Positions 40,587 to 52,683 of a DNA stretch of 64,000 nt are shown in pieces. Positions within the stretch are counted from its first letter, which is position 1. Each line of letters starts with the position of its first letter. The notes under the pieces are model-generated. The model ran no database searches, was not told the origin of the DNA, and was given only the letters and a program-made list of their open reading frames with translations. The translations under genes and the position numbers were made by a program. Source of the stretch: Lepidodermella squamata (lineage: Eukaryota; Animalia; Gastrotricha); the NCBI GenBank assembly GCA_047495785.1, contig JBLDXI010000046.1, positions 248,001 to 312,000 of the forward strand. The letters are read 5' to 3'.

Positions 40587-41487
40587 CGTGTTGAAAAAAA
40601 ATCACACAGCTGATTCGGTTTTATTTGAGCAGTGGAATAGCATGCTGCTATGTTTTCTGCAAATACGGCAGTACAGGAAATGAAATATTATTGAAAACTT
40701 GATTTTGGTTTATTTGATGACATTTTATTTTATTTCATTTCAATCGCGTTTTCTATCGTTTTAATTGCAAATTCGTTGCTGACTTCGGAAGTTCCCATAA
40801 GTTTGATTAACGCATCAAAGGCTAAGGTTTGGGTTATTTCCATAGATTTAATACAAACGAGAATAAACCGGGAATTTGTACCTTGCGAATTGAGCCGGGC
40901 CCAACCTCTCGGATCCTAAGAGATATGATAGTATTAAGCCCTTAATCCCGTTCATTTCGCAGCAAGCTCAAAATTTTTTAACACAGTCAGGGCCCAGAGC
41001 TCAGGGATCTAGATCCAAATACTGGATCCAGATTTTGGATCCAATAATCCATCGCCTAATGAGATCATCGCGTGCCCTTTAATCGAAAAAGCCGAAACAA
41101 ACAAAAAGCTTTTTATTCTGCCATTTTTTTCCCAAGTAAAATAATTAATGACTTCTACGTGATGACACTATTGTTACAACTTCAGACGAGAGAACGCGGT
41201 AGCGGTATTGTTAGACACAGCAGAAGATGGGCGGCTAGCAAAATATCTAAAAGAAAGCATACCGGATGAGATGGAAGACCACAGAAAGTAGACAAGGGAA
41301 AAGCAGCAGATGGCCTAGCAACAACGCTGTTCCAGCGAACTCGATCCTCAAGACGGAAATGCATACGGCTCGTAGACAGTAGCAAATTTCAGCTAAGTGT
41401 TGCGCGGTACGGTGGCCGGCAAACAACCGAGCGGAAGCATGAACGATTTTGCCCCCTCGGAAGTTTCCATGCTGTGTATCGTTGGCA

Positions 41488-44400
41488 TTAAATACGTTTC
41501 AGCTCAAAATCTCGCAAGAATTGAACAACTTCGATCTGGTCATTTTCAGCAGCTATCGAGAGCGGGGTTGTGCCATCGTTGTCAGCCATAGAAACAGTTG
41601 CTGGAGCTTTCTCTGCCAGGAATCGAACAACTTCAATGTGGCCATTTTGACCAGCTATCCAAAGCGGCGTTACGCCATCCTTATTAGCCAAAGAAACCGT
41701 TGTCGGAGCCTTGTCTGCCAGGAATCTAACGACTTCGATGTGACCGCTTTCAGCAGCAACAAACAGCGGGGTTGTGCCCTCGTTATTCGCCATAGAAACC
41801 GTGGATTCTGCTTTGTCTGCTAAGAATCGAACAATCTCGATGTGGCCATTTTCAGCAGATATCGAGAGTGGCGTTCTGCCATCGTTATTACACGCGGAAA
41901 CCGTGGTTGGTGCCATGATTGCCAGAAGTCGAACAACGTCGATGTGGCCATTTTGAGCTGCTATCCAAAGCGGCATTATGCCATCGTTGTCAGCCATAGA
42001 AACCGTGGTTGGTGCTTTATCCGCCAGGAATCGAACAACATTAATGTGGCCATTCTGAGCCGCAATCCAAATCGGGACTGTGCCGTTTTTATTAGCCATA
42101 GAAACCGTGGACGGTGCCTCGGCTGCGAGGAATCGAACAATCTCGATGTGGCCATTTTCGGCAGCAATTAACAACGGGTTTGTTCCGTTGTTTTTAGCCG
42201 TAGTTACCAGGCTTGGTGCTTTGTCTGCCAGGAATCTAACGACTTCGAGGTGGCCATTTTGAGCTGCAATCCAAAGCGGCGTTGTGCCGTTTTTATTAGC
42301 CGTGGATATTGTGGTCAGGGCTTTGTCTGCCAGGAATCGGACAACCTCGATATGACCATTTTCAGCGGCTATCGAGAGCGGGGTTGTACTGTCATTGTCA
42401 AGCGTGGAGACCGTGGATGGTGCTTTCTCTGCCAAAAGTCGAACGACGTCGATGTGGCCATTCTCAGCTGCTAAAAAGAGTGGCGTCATGCCGTCGATGT
42501 CCCTCGAAGATAGGGTATCACGTGACTTTCCAGCTGCGAATTCTATTATTTTTCTATCACCTAGTACAGCAGCAATGCCCACAGCTGTGCGTGCCTCTGC
42601 TAGGCTGAAATTGCGTTTCACTGCAGCTAAATCACGGCCTATAACCGATCTAATAAACTGTGACGTATCCTTGCTATTAATTAGGACAGCCACATTTCTT
42701 CTCGCTTGATATCTCCAGTAGTGGCCATTAAAGAAGTTCACTATTTTGTCTCTCTCGTGCTTCAGCAGCTCTAATTCATCGTCGTTCCAAATTTGCATCA
42801 AACATGCCAAATCATTGTGGTCGGCTAAGCATTTTATGTGGCTTTGATATCGCGCTTCGTCGCCCTGCAGTCTTGCAAGCATCCATGCAATCAGACGGTA
42901 GGAATGATGTGTTCCGTACATTTTAAACTCATCCTCTGCACCTCGAATGAAATTGTCTTCCCATTCCAAGCAATAGAGGAAATGAATGAAAGACTTTCCC
43001 TCGCTTCTGCTTGTATACGTGCATACTTCTAACAGTGCATCGCAACTTAAGCGTTCCAGGATATCACGCAGCAGTTGCCGAAGGGCTGGTTTATGCTTTT
43101 GGCTGTTTTCGCCCTTGAAAAACTCGAAAAGCATCATCTCTGCATTCGAAACATTCCTTCTGTGAAGAAGGTACAATCGGACTTTGTCATACAGATCGGC
43201 GTCATTTGGGGCGGTTATCTTGAATTCTTGGGCAGCTCGTCGAAAACCAGCTTCCCAAAGAAGTTGATGCACGGACGAGAGCTCATGATCCCCGCCAACA
43301 GTTCGTATAACAGCGCGCTGATCAAAGGCATTGAACACGTCCTTTGCCCTAAGCTTAGGTGCTAGTTGGCGCCATAACATTGCCAGATTTTCGCTGGAAA
43401 TTAGAGCATTTGGCGCGAAGAGAAGGAAGGCATAGAAGCACTGCCTATAGTCGTCTCCAAGTCGGTCGAGAGAAAACTGCAACAGACTATCGACAGTTTG
43501 TTCTTTGAAACGGGAATCGCCACCGGTCAGAGTAGTATCAAGGTCGTTGGTCTTTTGATGGACCACTTCTTCATACTCCTCGTCCCAATTGTAATTTCCG
43601 AACATGAAGCGATTGGCGATGAGAGACATGATCAGAGGCAAACCACAGCACATTTTCGAAAGGTTTGCTATCTTTTCTTCAGCGTTCGCCTTGAGTTTCT
43701 CCTTCAACTTGCAAGTTCTTTCGAGAAATCGTTCGATCGCTTCATTCGTGAGACTGTCGATCTTCTCCAACTTGTAGATGAGCTGTCGCTGTTGCATTAA
43801 AATCGCAAATGGGTCACGAGTAATGACACAGCAGGCCATTTCTGATTGCTCTTGAATGAAGAAGCGAAGCAATTCCACGTTGAACATGTCATCAAGGACG
43901 ACCAATACACGACGGCGCTTTTTCTCGCGAAAATACTCGCTGATATGAGATATTTCCGATCCAGTAAAGTCCGCTGCTGCTTTCTTTGCCAGAGCTAATA
44001 GACTTTCACGGAATTCTTTCTTGGCTGAGTCATCAAATGATAATCCTTGCCACTTGAAACACTGAAGCCAGAGAACAACCGTTGGCGATTGCAGCCCTCT
44101 TGGGATCGATTCGCTGCGTAGCAATTTCGCCATCAAAACAGACTTGCCTACTCCCCCCTCGCCAGCTACAACCAGAATGCCATTATTGCCTAGTTAAGAC
44201 TTTTATTAAGCTGGATCGAAGAAATAAAAATATTTACCTTTTGCTGATTTATTGCAAATTTCGATTAGATGAGTCATCAATTTGGCTTCCAGTTCATCCC
44301 GCTCAAAGTAGTTCGAGATGCTGATAGGTAAGTTTGAAGAGTAGAACCGATTCGAAACGACTGCTTTCTGGGCAGGCATCTCCAGTATCAGTCGGATTTG

Positions 44401-45151
44401 CTGACAAACATCATTAGCATCGTCGTGGAAGTGCATGGCCTCCGTGCGCAAGAAGACTCTAAGTAAATTTCCGAGGTTTCGAGACTCATCGAGTCGGACA
44501 AAGTCATCTTCCAGATTGACGAGGAGTAATTTCTTTTTCTTGAAGATGGCATAGTCAAATTCTTTAGCAGAATTGGAACCTGCTCTAAGGTATGGTTCGC
44601 AGAGGAAGCAAACAACGATATCAGCCCAGTCTACTTTCTATCGTTGCGAACATGATAAGTGATAAATCTTAGAAGAGACTGAAAACTTGCCTCAATCATC
44701 GCCTGATCGAGATCGCCGCAGATTTTATGAATATCTAAAAACACATCGAAGTCAGGCTGTTGGCTGAGATATTCATCTGTGAGGTTTCGAACGTCAGCTT
44801 CGCGATAACTCCAAGAATAGCTCACAAAAACACGAGCTTTTTTGGCAGAGGCAGCTGATTCTGGCGAAGAGTTCGCCGATTCTTGAATAGGTCGCTGTAA
44901 ATAATAAGGTTTTATTATGCAAAATTTATGACATCAACTTCCTGAACTCATACTTTTTGTGGAAGAGAAGTCTTCTTTGTTGGCAGTATCGTTTTTTTCT
45001 TTGAAATAAAATGATGATGTGTATGATTTGATTTTGACGAGTCTTTCACCCCATCTAAAACTTGAGGGGTGGTTTGCTGTAAAGTGACACCATTTTGTAG
45101 CTAATGGACCAAATTAGTATGGAAACCTACTTTCTCCGAAGATTGTTTCAT
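41488..45151 (-). CDS. NLR-like STAND receptor: TIR - NB-ARC - ankyrin repeats
   Basis: TIR: RVFVSYSW...VFLDI...AMIE/KVDWADIVVCFLCEPYL..SNSAKEFDYA (exons 44894-44691 and 44637-44238). Final exon 44189-41488 carries Walker A GEGGVGKS, Walker B VLVVLDD, ITR, GLPL, MHD-like VHQ and ten 34-aa ankyrin repeats. The short 5' exons from ATG 45151 are phase-compatible but less certain. Confidence 0.88.
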
Positions 45152-45949
45152 GTTACTGATATAGGAACTTAGAAACCCACCAACAATCAGGTTATATTAT
45201 ATACGTAGTCTTCTTAAAACGTTAAAACCGCTTGAAATAAAACGCTGGTATTCCACGGGGGCAATCTGAACTTTCGATGGATGAATGGTTATGGAGAAAT
45301 GGCCTTCCATTCACTTAAAGAATACAAAAGGAAGGCTCACGTCGAATAGAAAAAGTAAACTCCCTCACTGGCAACTCGATGAAAGGGGTAACATGAATAT
45401 ATACAATTTTAATGCCGCAACTTTAATGCGATTCTTCAGTGCCTTTTTTTATTTCTTCAAGTGAAAGAAAACCAATTTTTCCATCACCATTTATCTTTCA
45501 ATCCAAAGTTAAATTGGCAGACATACGGCTGACCATCACTTGCGGGTATTTTCAGCCCGGAATTTATCGGGCCAAAGGGTCCCCCTGTGATTGTTTTGGG
45601 GTTTTATTGCCTCCCTAGTTACCGGGGGGCCTTGATACAATGCGTTAAGTGTGTCGGAAACTATGTAGAAGTAGGAGCTTTTACTCTATGTGTCAATCCC
45701 AAGATATCATACGTTTTCAGTATCATGAGTCTTCCCAGTTGTCGCTGTCGATTCCACTGACGAGTGTTCATCCATTTGTTGCTTTTAAATCGACAAAGTA
45801 GGTATACCCAATAATATAAATTGCGAAACTTACTTGCATCGCACAATTTCCCATGGATAAAAAACAGATATTCTTTTCTGATAACGAATTGTTGCAACTC
45901 AACAGAAATCGTACCAAAAATCGAGAACTTACGCTTATTAGGTTTGAAC

Positions 45950-46150
45950 AACCCGGCGGATTATCACTAGGCGTAGCGAAGCAACATAAGCCAGGAACAC
46001 TAACAGCAAACCAACAAAGCAATTGCAATCATTTCTAAGTTTGGCATCATCGATTGGAGTATCTGCCTATGCACCGAAACCACGTATCCTAGAAACATCC
46101 GCTTTGTGGAAAAATAATTAATGAGGACTAAATCGATCGATACGCTATAC
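45950..46150 (-). pseudogene. Decayed paralog of the 5' exon region of the ankyrin-only gene
   Basis: acaaagcggatgtttctaggatacgt...gatgccaaacttagaaatgattgcaa aligns with 49415-49490; contains stops. Confidence 0.55.
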
Positions 46151-46361
46151 GCTAGCTCCAATAGCATGCTGAAAGTTGTGGATATAGGCGTGGAAAGGTG
46201 TGGATCTGAAAAATTAAATGGTGGAAGAATTCCATTCGACTTGTTTCACATTTGAATACAAACGCAATTTCTTTTATCTTGAGAGTTCAATAGAGTAGAA
46301 AATCTGAACCAATTAATCGAGGCATGACGGCAGCCAGGATGGAATAATTTTATTCTATTTA

Positions 46362-46458
46362 CAGGGTGTTCAAGAAATAATAGGTAGTTATAAATAGCAT
46401 TGCTACTTTTGGCACGCGCTTTAGCTTAACAACTACCTATTATTTCTTGAACACCCTG
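46362..46458. mobile_element. Tc1/mariner-type mini-MITE (97 bp)
   Basis: ta|cagggtgttcaagaaataataggtagtt ... aactacctattatttcttgaacaccctg|ta, perfect 28-bp TIR. Confidence 0.8.
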
Positions 46459-46789
46459 TACATGTTTTTTTTAATTCGGACTCGAAAATACCCCCTAGTT
46501 CGAGCATCCTACTTCGCGCACTGGCTATAGAGGCCAGACTCGCATCCATTCATCGTCGGGAAACTTGGGAAGATTTAATTAATCCTTGAGTCTAATCCCT
46601 CGGCTCTGTAGTACTCGGCCTAGTACTGCTCTGTAGTACGTCACATTCAAAGCGGCAGCCAGGTTCCGATTGCAATAGTCAATGATCATTTCAAGTAGTA
46701 AGTATTACTTTGATCCGGGCGCTGATTGGTGAATTTATTGTTGCTCCGCGATCTGCGATGAAACCATTTTGTCGTGCGATGTTCACCAT

Positions 46790-46875
46790 GAGATGCCCCT
46801 TGGACCGTATCGTGATATGAGCTTCGATAAATTAGTCTTTTTGTGAACCGTTTTTGTACCGATTCCATGTCATAT
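46790..46875 (-). pseudogene. CR1/L2-like LINE 3' fragment
   Basis: DMESVQKRFTKRLIYRSSY...GASH matches DKLEAVQARFTKRHLYRSDY...GASY of the element at 51063. Confidence 0.6.
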
Positions 46876-47485
46876 GTAGTAAACTCCGTAGTAAACTCCG
46901 TAGTAAACTCCGTAAAAACACTTGTTGCAAAAAGTTTTATGGATCGCACGACTGAATGTTTCATCTGAGGGTCATAACAACGATCGATTGATCGATTGAG
47001 TTTGGTTGGTTCGATGAAATTGTATTATACCGTTAACATTTGATAATGGGGTGTGGCGAAATTGTTGACATTATGAGACTTTGATGACGCTTGAGGCTTT
47101 CAAGATCACTGAACGAGCAGTCGAACGATATTAAAAAGAGGTTGAAAGTCATCAGGGTTCCTGAGAAAATAGGAATGTTGCTAAATACGAAAAATACAAG
47201 CATTACAAATGTTCGTTTTTTATTGCATCAATAAATAATTCTTCGGTTCATAAATTTGGATGCTCACTCAAATGCGCCTTCCGAGTAATCTGAGGCGAGG
47301 AATCTCTCCAGATCTTTAAAGTCAGGATGCAGCCTGGCCTCGAATCGAGGATTCCCAGCTGAAATTTTGCCATCGAAAGTAATTATTATGAACACGTCAC
47401 GTTTTTTCTGGGTGCCCCGAAGCCACTGCGTCCTGGTACGTCTCATGATCGAATAAACTCTTATATTTTACTGTGTTCGTTAGCA

Positions 47486-49400
47486 TTAAAGTCCTTTTAG
47501 GTATCTAACAATTTTGTCATAGCCATATTCAGCAGCTTGTGAAATCGGCGTTTCGCCGTATTTATTAGCAGCGGAAACTGTGGTTGGCGCCTTTCCTGCC
47601 AGGAATCGAACAACTTCGATGTTGCCACTTCCAGCAGCCATCAGAAGTGGGGTTGTGCCATTGTTATCCGCCATAGAAACTGTCATTGGTGCTTTCTCTG
47701 CCAGAAATTGAACAACTTCGATGTTCCCCTTTCCAGCAGCTATGAAAAGTGGCGTTTCGCCTGCGTTATCAGCCGCAGAAACCGTTGATGGAGCCTTATC
47801 CGCCAGGAATCGAACAACCTCGATGCAGCCAATTCTAGCAGCCATCCAAAGCGGAGTTTTTCCTTCGTTATCAGCCACCGAAACTGTAGCTGGCGCTTTC
47901 TCTGCAAGGAATTGAACAACTTCGAAATGACAATTTTGAGCAGCTATCAAAAGTGGAGTTGCTCTGTTTTTATCAGCCGCCAAAAGCGTAGTTGGTGCTT
48001 TCTCCGCGAGAAATCGAACAACGTCGATGTGGCGTTTTTGAGCAGCCATCCAAAGAAGGGTTCCACCTTCGCTATTGGCCGCGGAAAGCGCAGTTGGTGC
48101 TTTTTCTGCCAGGAATTGAACTACTTCGATGTGCCCGTTTTCAGCAGCTATCCAAAGCGGGGTTTTGCCATTTTTATCAGCCGTGGAAACCGTGGCTGGA
48201 GCTTTTACTGCCAGGAATCGAACAACTTCCACGTAGCCATTACCCGCAGCCATCCATAGCGGCGTCGCGCCGTTCTCATTAGCTGCGGAAACCGTGTTTG
48301 GTGATTTCTCGGCAAGGAATCGAACAATTTCGATATGGCCTTTTCTCGCGGCTATCAACAGCGGCGTCGCGCCAATGTTATTAGCCGTGGTAACTGTTTT
48401 TGGCGCTTTTTCCGCAAGAAATCGGACAACATCAATGTTACCATTTTCAGCAGCCATCCATAGCGGGGTTTCGCCGACGTTATTCACCGCTGAAAGCGTG
48501 TTTGGAGCTTTCTCCGCGAGGAATCGAAAAACTTCGATGTGACCATTTCCAGCGGCTGCCAAAAGGGGGGTTACGCCGGCGTCATTAGCTGCGGAAATCG
48601 TTTTTGGTGCCTTGTCTGCCAAGAATCTAACCACATCGATACAGCCCATTTTAGCAGCGATATAAAGCGGGGTTGCGCCGTCGCTATTTGCCGCAGAGAC
48701 CGTAGCAGGTGCTTTCCCCGCCAGGAATCTAACAACTTCGACGTGGCCATTTTGAGAAGCTATCCAAAGCGGGGTTTTACCGCTGTAATTAGCCGCGGAA
48801 ACCGTAGTCGGTGCTTTCTCTGTGAGAAATCGAACGATTTCAATGTGGCCATGCTCAGCAGCAATCCAAAGCGGGGTTACGCCGTTACTATCAGCCGCGG
48901 AACATGAAGTTGGTTCTTTTCCCGACAGGAATCTAACAACTTCGATTCGACCCATTCTAGCAGCAATCCAAAGCGGTGTTGCGTTTTTGTCATTAGCTGC
49001 TGAAACCGTCGCCGGCGCCTTGTCGGCTAGAAATCGGACTACTTCGATGTGGCCATTTTGAGCAGCTACTAAAAGTGGAGTTTCGCTATCGTAACTTGCC
49101 GTGGAAATTGTGGGTGGTGCTTTTTGAGCCAAGAATTGAACAACTTCGGCGTGGCCGTTTTGAGCAGCAATCCAAAGCGGGGTTTTGCCGTCTTTGTCAG
49201 CCGTAGAAACCGTGGTTGGCGCTTTGTCTGCAAGGTTTTTAACAACTTCGATATTGCCATTTTGAGCAGCGATCCAAAGCGGCGTTCTGCCTTTTTTGTC
49301 ACCTGTTGAATGAAAACAAAATGATTTTTTCAGATGCGAATGCTATCATCTTTAATTCACCCTGTATCGCAGCAATCTCTTCTACGGATTTGCCGGCCAT
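47486..49400 (-). CDS. Ankyrin-repeat-only protein with 18 repeats, 2 exons (49400-49361, 49302-47486)
   Basis: MAGKSVEEIAAIQG spliced through a 58-bp phase-1 intron to 18 tandem 34-aa repeats (TPLWIAAxxGHIEVVRFLAxKAPxTVSAA) of the same family as in the NLR. Confidence 0.82.
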
Positions 49401-49998
49401 GGATCAAACCAAAATGGCGGTTGCAATCATTTTTAAGTTTGGCATTATCGATTGCAGCCTACGTATCCTGGAAACATCAGCTTTGTTAATACATAAATAA
49501 TTCACGAGGAGTCAATCGATTTTTGCGCTAGCTCTCATTGTACAAGGGCAATGCATAAGGGCCCCTTTTCTATTAGGGCACCCACGCTCTTTTACTACAA
49601 AAACTGATGTATAGAATGCCTAGACAGAGAAGATGTACAGTACCCTAAAAAAATGTACAATTTAGTCAAAAGTATTCTTTCAATAGTTCATTCATTGAAA
49701 GTACACGAGTCTCCGTTTATTGATAGTATACCCCCTATGGGGGATATTTTACTCTCAATATATAGAGAGAAAACGGCCTACTGAGAGTGAACACTCAACG
49801 ATCCGACACTCTAAAAGTAACTCAATGTTTAAAAAAAAATCAAAAGAAAGTCAATTTAGTTTAATTAAAGTAAGGCCAAAGCAAAACTGGCCAATAACTT
49901 TTTATTTTGAATTCCAATAAGGCTCATTTCTCATCTCATTTCATGGCATTAGCCCTTTATTCTCACCGCTTCTGCTGACTGAGGTTCATCCAGCTCGC

Positions 49999-50376
49999 CT
50001 ACTTGACCCAGCTCGTGGCGTCAATCCTCGCGGGCCCATTATGGCAACCATTCAGCAGGTAGCACCTGCGCGCGGGTGTGCCCGAGACAGATTTCATGAA
50101 TGTCACGGCTTGACAGCCAGGTTTTGTTGTGCACATAAGTTTGCAGACATCTTCAGTCAACTGCGACGCGCCGCTTATAAGCTGGACTAGATTGGATGGA
50201 TTTATGTTCAAGTTTGTAGTTGTTCGACAATCGCCCACCGCTGCTTTGTAACCTGTCACAGATCAAAAATCGCATTTAATACCGTGGCTATATTTCCCGA
50301 TGAAAAATAACTTACCTGCGGATCAAACGCCGACGGCGAACACCAGAGCAAAGGCGACTGCGAGCTTGTTAGACAT
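49999..50376 (-). pseudogene. Small secreted PAN/Apple-domain gene, copy A (in-frame TGA in the signal exon)
   Basis: MSNKLAVAFALVFAVGV*SA with TGA at 50323-50325 where copies B and C have TGC. The PAN exon C-x3-C-x5-C...CYL..C is intact. Confidence 0.7.
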
Positions 50377-51062
50377 GGCTTGAGTTGAATGGTATGAAGA
50401 AAACGAATATCAAATTTGAAGAATAGAAAATTAAGCGATTAGCGCAATAATTTATAGGTGTTTCTTGTACGGAAACTCTTGCACTAACTAAGGACAGACA
50501 AAACGGCAAACATGCGTGAAGCAGCTGAAGCTGGTACGTGACAAAAAATTCTTGCGCTTAGGGGAAAATATCGAAATGCTCTGCCAATATTAATGAATTT
50601 AACTTAATGAATAATATCTCAAGTGTTCTACTTTGCATGAAGTTAAGCGAATCTTCATTAAATAAAAAAACAAAGAAAAAAGCTGATGCAACAGGCTCTG
50701 TAGCCAGAATACATTTTCGTAGTATGCGAACAAAGGCAACATCGCCGAAAGGTTCTAACCGCCACGTATCAATGTGATAGCGGCAAAGAAACGAAACAGG
50801 TAATTTGCGGATGCGCCACCTAATTTAACTATCATGAAATGAATTCATGCGAGCGAATTCCCTCCTTCAACCGCATCGTGAATTAGTGCAGGTAACTTCA
50901 TCGCAGAAATGCGTTCGGATTTCGGAAAATATATTTTTTTTTACATCAAATTTACTTTTTTCAACATCAAATTACCTTCTCTACCATCAAACTCTTTTTT
51001 CAACAGCAAACTTCAGAAATAATTATTTGATAAGGAAAAATATGCTTTCAAGATGAAGTTGT

Positions 51063-51977
51063 GTGATCAAATCATCGATCACGAAATTATTTGCCGACGA
51101 TACGAAGCTGTATCATGCTATTCGCTGTCTTGCCGATTGCATCGAACTTCAATCAGATCTCGATAAAATCATCGGCTGGCTTGATTCACATGGTTTATCG
51201 GTTAATCCGAAAAAATGCGTTGTTCTCAGTCTTGGAAAGAACACATTTCCCTTTCAGTTCAAAGTGAAAGATGTTGAACTAAACATTGTGGATTCAGTTA
51301 AAGATCTCGGAATTATTGTTGATAAACACCTTACGTTCTCTGAGCACTGTAATGCGTTGTCTACACGTTGCCAAAGGATTAATGGCGTGATATGCAAATC
51401 ATTCGCATCGAAATCTCTCCGCTTAAAAGCGTACAAAACATACACTCTTTCACGGTTAGATTTTTGCCCTTCGGTCTATTCACCGTACTACTTACAGATA
51501 TTGACAAGCTGGAGGCGGTTCAAGCCCGGTTCACTAAACGCCATTTGTATAGAAGTGACTACTATTCATCGATTGACGGTGCCTCGTATTATGAAAGATG
51601 TAAAAAACTAGGACTGTGTCCTCTTGAAATCAGACGCTTTCAACATGACCTTGCGCTATGCCATAAAATGTACCAAGGCTGTGTGGATGCTAGCTTTTCT
51701 ACATTCTTCAAAATATCTTCAAATCCCCGTTTACCAGCTCATGCTGTTGTGATGAAACGATTTGAACATCCGAGCTCTCAGTTCAGCTTTACAAGGCGTT
51801 TGCGCGTAGCGTGGAACCGGCTGCCCTCAAGTATTGTCAATAATTCTCATACTGCGTTTCTGCGATATCTTAAATCTAAATCTTACGACCTCTGAGGTGA
51901 GGCGCCGAGAACTAACCTATTGCTAACTGTTTGTGAAACAAAATGCATAATAAAATCAGAATCAGAATCAGAATCAG
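51063..51977 (+). mobile_element. 5'-truncated CR1/L2-like LINE (RT C-terminal half, one frameshift)
   Basis: LFADDTKLY, LQSDLD, N.KKC, KDLGII, LEAVQARFTK, RR..DL, WN.LP; ends in AATAAA plus an (ATCAGA)n tail. Confidence 0.88.
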
Positions 51978-52254
51978 TGTATTATAAGTGCTTATGACCT
52001 CGGGTGATGAAAGCGGGGCCTAGACTCGTGCCAGGCCAACGAACAAAGGGGGTCATGTCAACAATTGATTTTTGGCGCGCGATTTTTTTGCGCGTGCAGA
52101 AGACATGCGCTGCGCGGGAAAAGTCACTTTAAATACTTGGATTTTTGTTATAATCAATCGGACAATTCATTCTCAAAAGTTAAATTCTAAGTTCTCTAAG
52201 GCAACTTTTTCTCGCTTTATCTCTTTATCTTCATCTTTATCTGATTTGTAAATA

Positions 52255-52683
52255 ATGGAGAAGTTACTCATCAAAACTCCTTCCAACTCGTCTTCATCGG
52301 AATCTGGTACGCCGTCGCCGCCTCCAACTCGCGGGCCAGCCATCAAGTACACCAAGAAGCTCGCGGAATTCCCAAGTAAGGAAGCGGCTAAAGAATGGAT
52401 TAAGAAGAACACGCCGTACAACATCGCAAAACGGTGACGACATCGCCTATTGTTGTCGCTAAATGCGAAAGTCCGGCTACGAACGATGTCAAAACCGGGC
52501 CAAGTTGCTTCTCGACGGCGAGACATGGGTACTGATGACATCCGGGCGAAGCATCGGCACAAGACCACTTCAAAACGGCTTACTTCCCAGCTAACGACAC
52601 CAGTCAAGAAGCGAATCGAGAAATATTTCAAGCGAGGCTTGGGTGCATCGTCTATTGTCGCCAAGCTGAAGCATTGCCCGTAA
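52255..52683 (+). pseudogene. Possible DNA-transposon (MULE-like) N-terminal relic
   Basis: Interrupted ORF with EFPSKEAAKEWI and a later helix-rich basic segment; weak resemblance only. Confidence 0.25.

Noticed and set aside
47033-47460. Extra 3' exons for the ankyrin-only gene
   Set aside because: Splice-like signals exist, but no phase-consistent path from the ANK exon could be built.
41449-49309. Many plus-strand ORFs over the ankyrin arrays
   Set aside because: They are antisense shadows of repetitive coding sequence.
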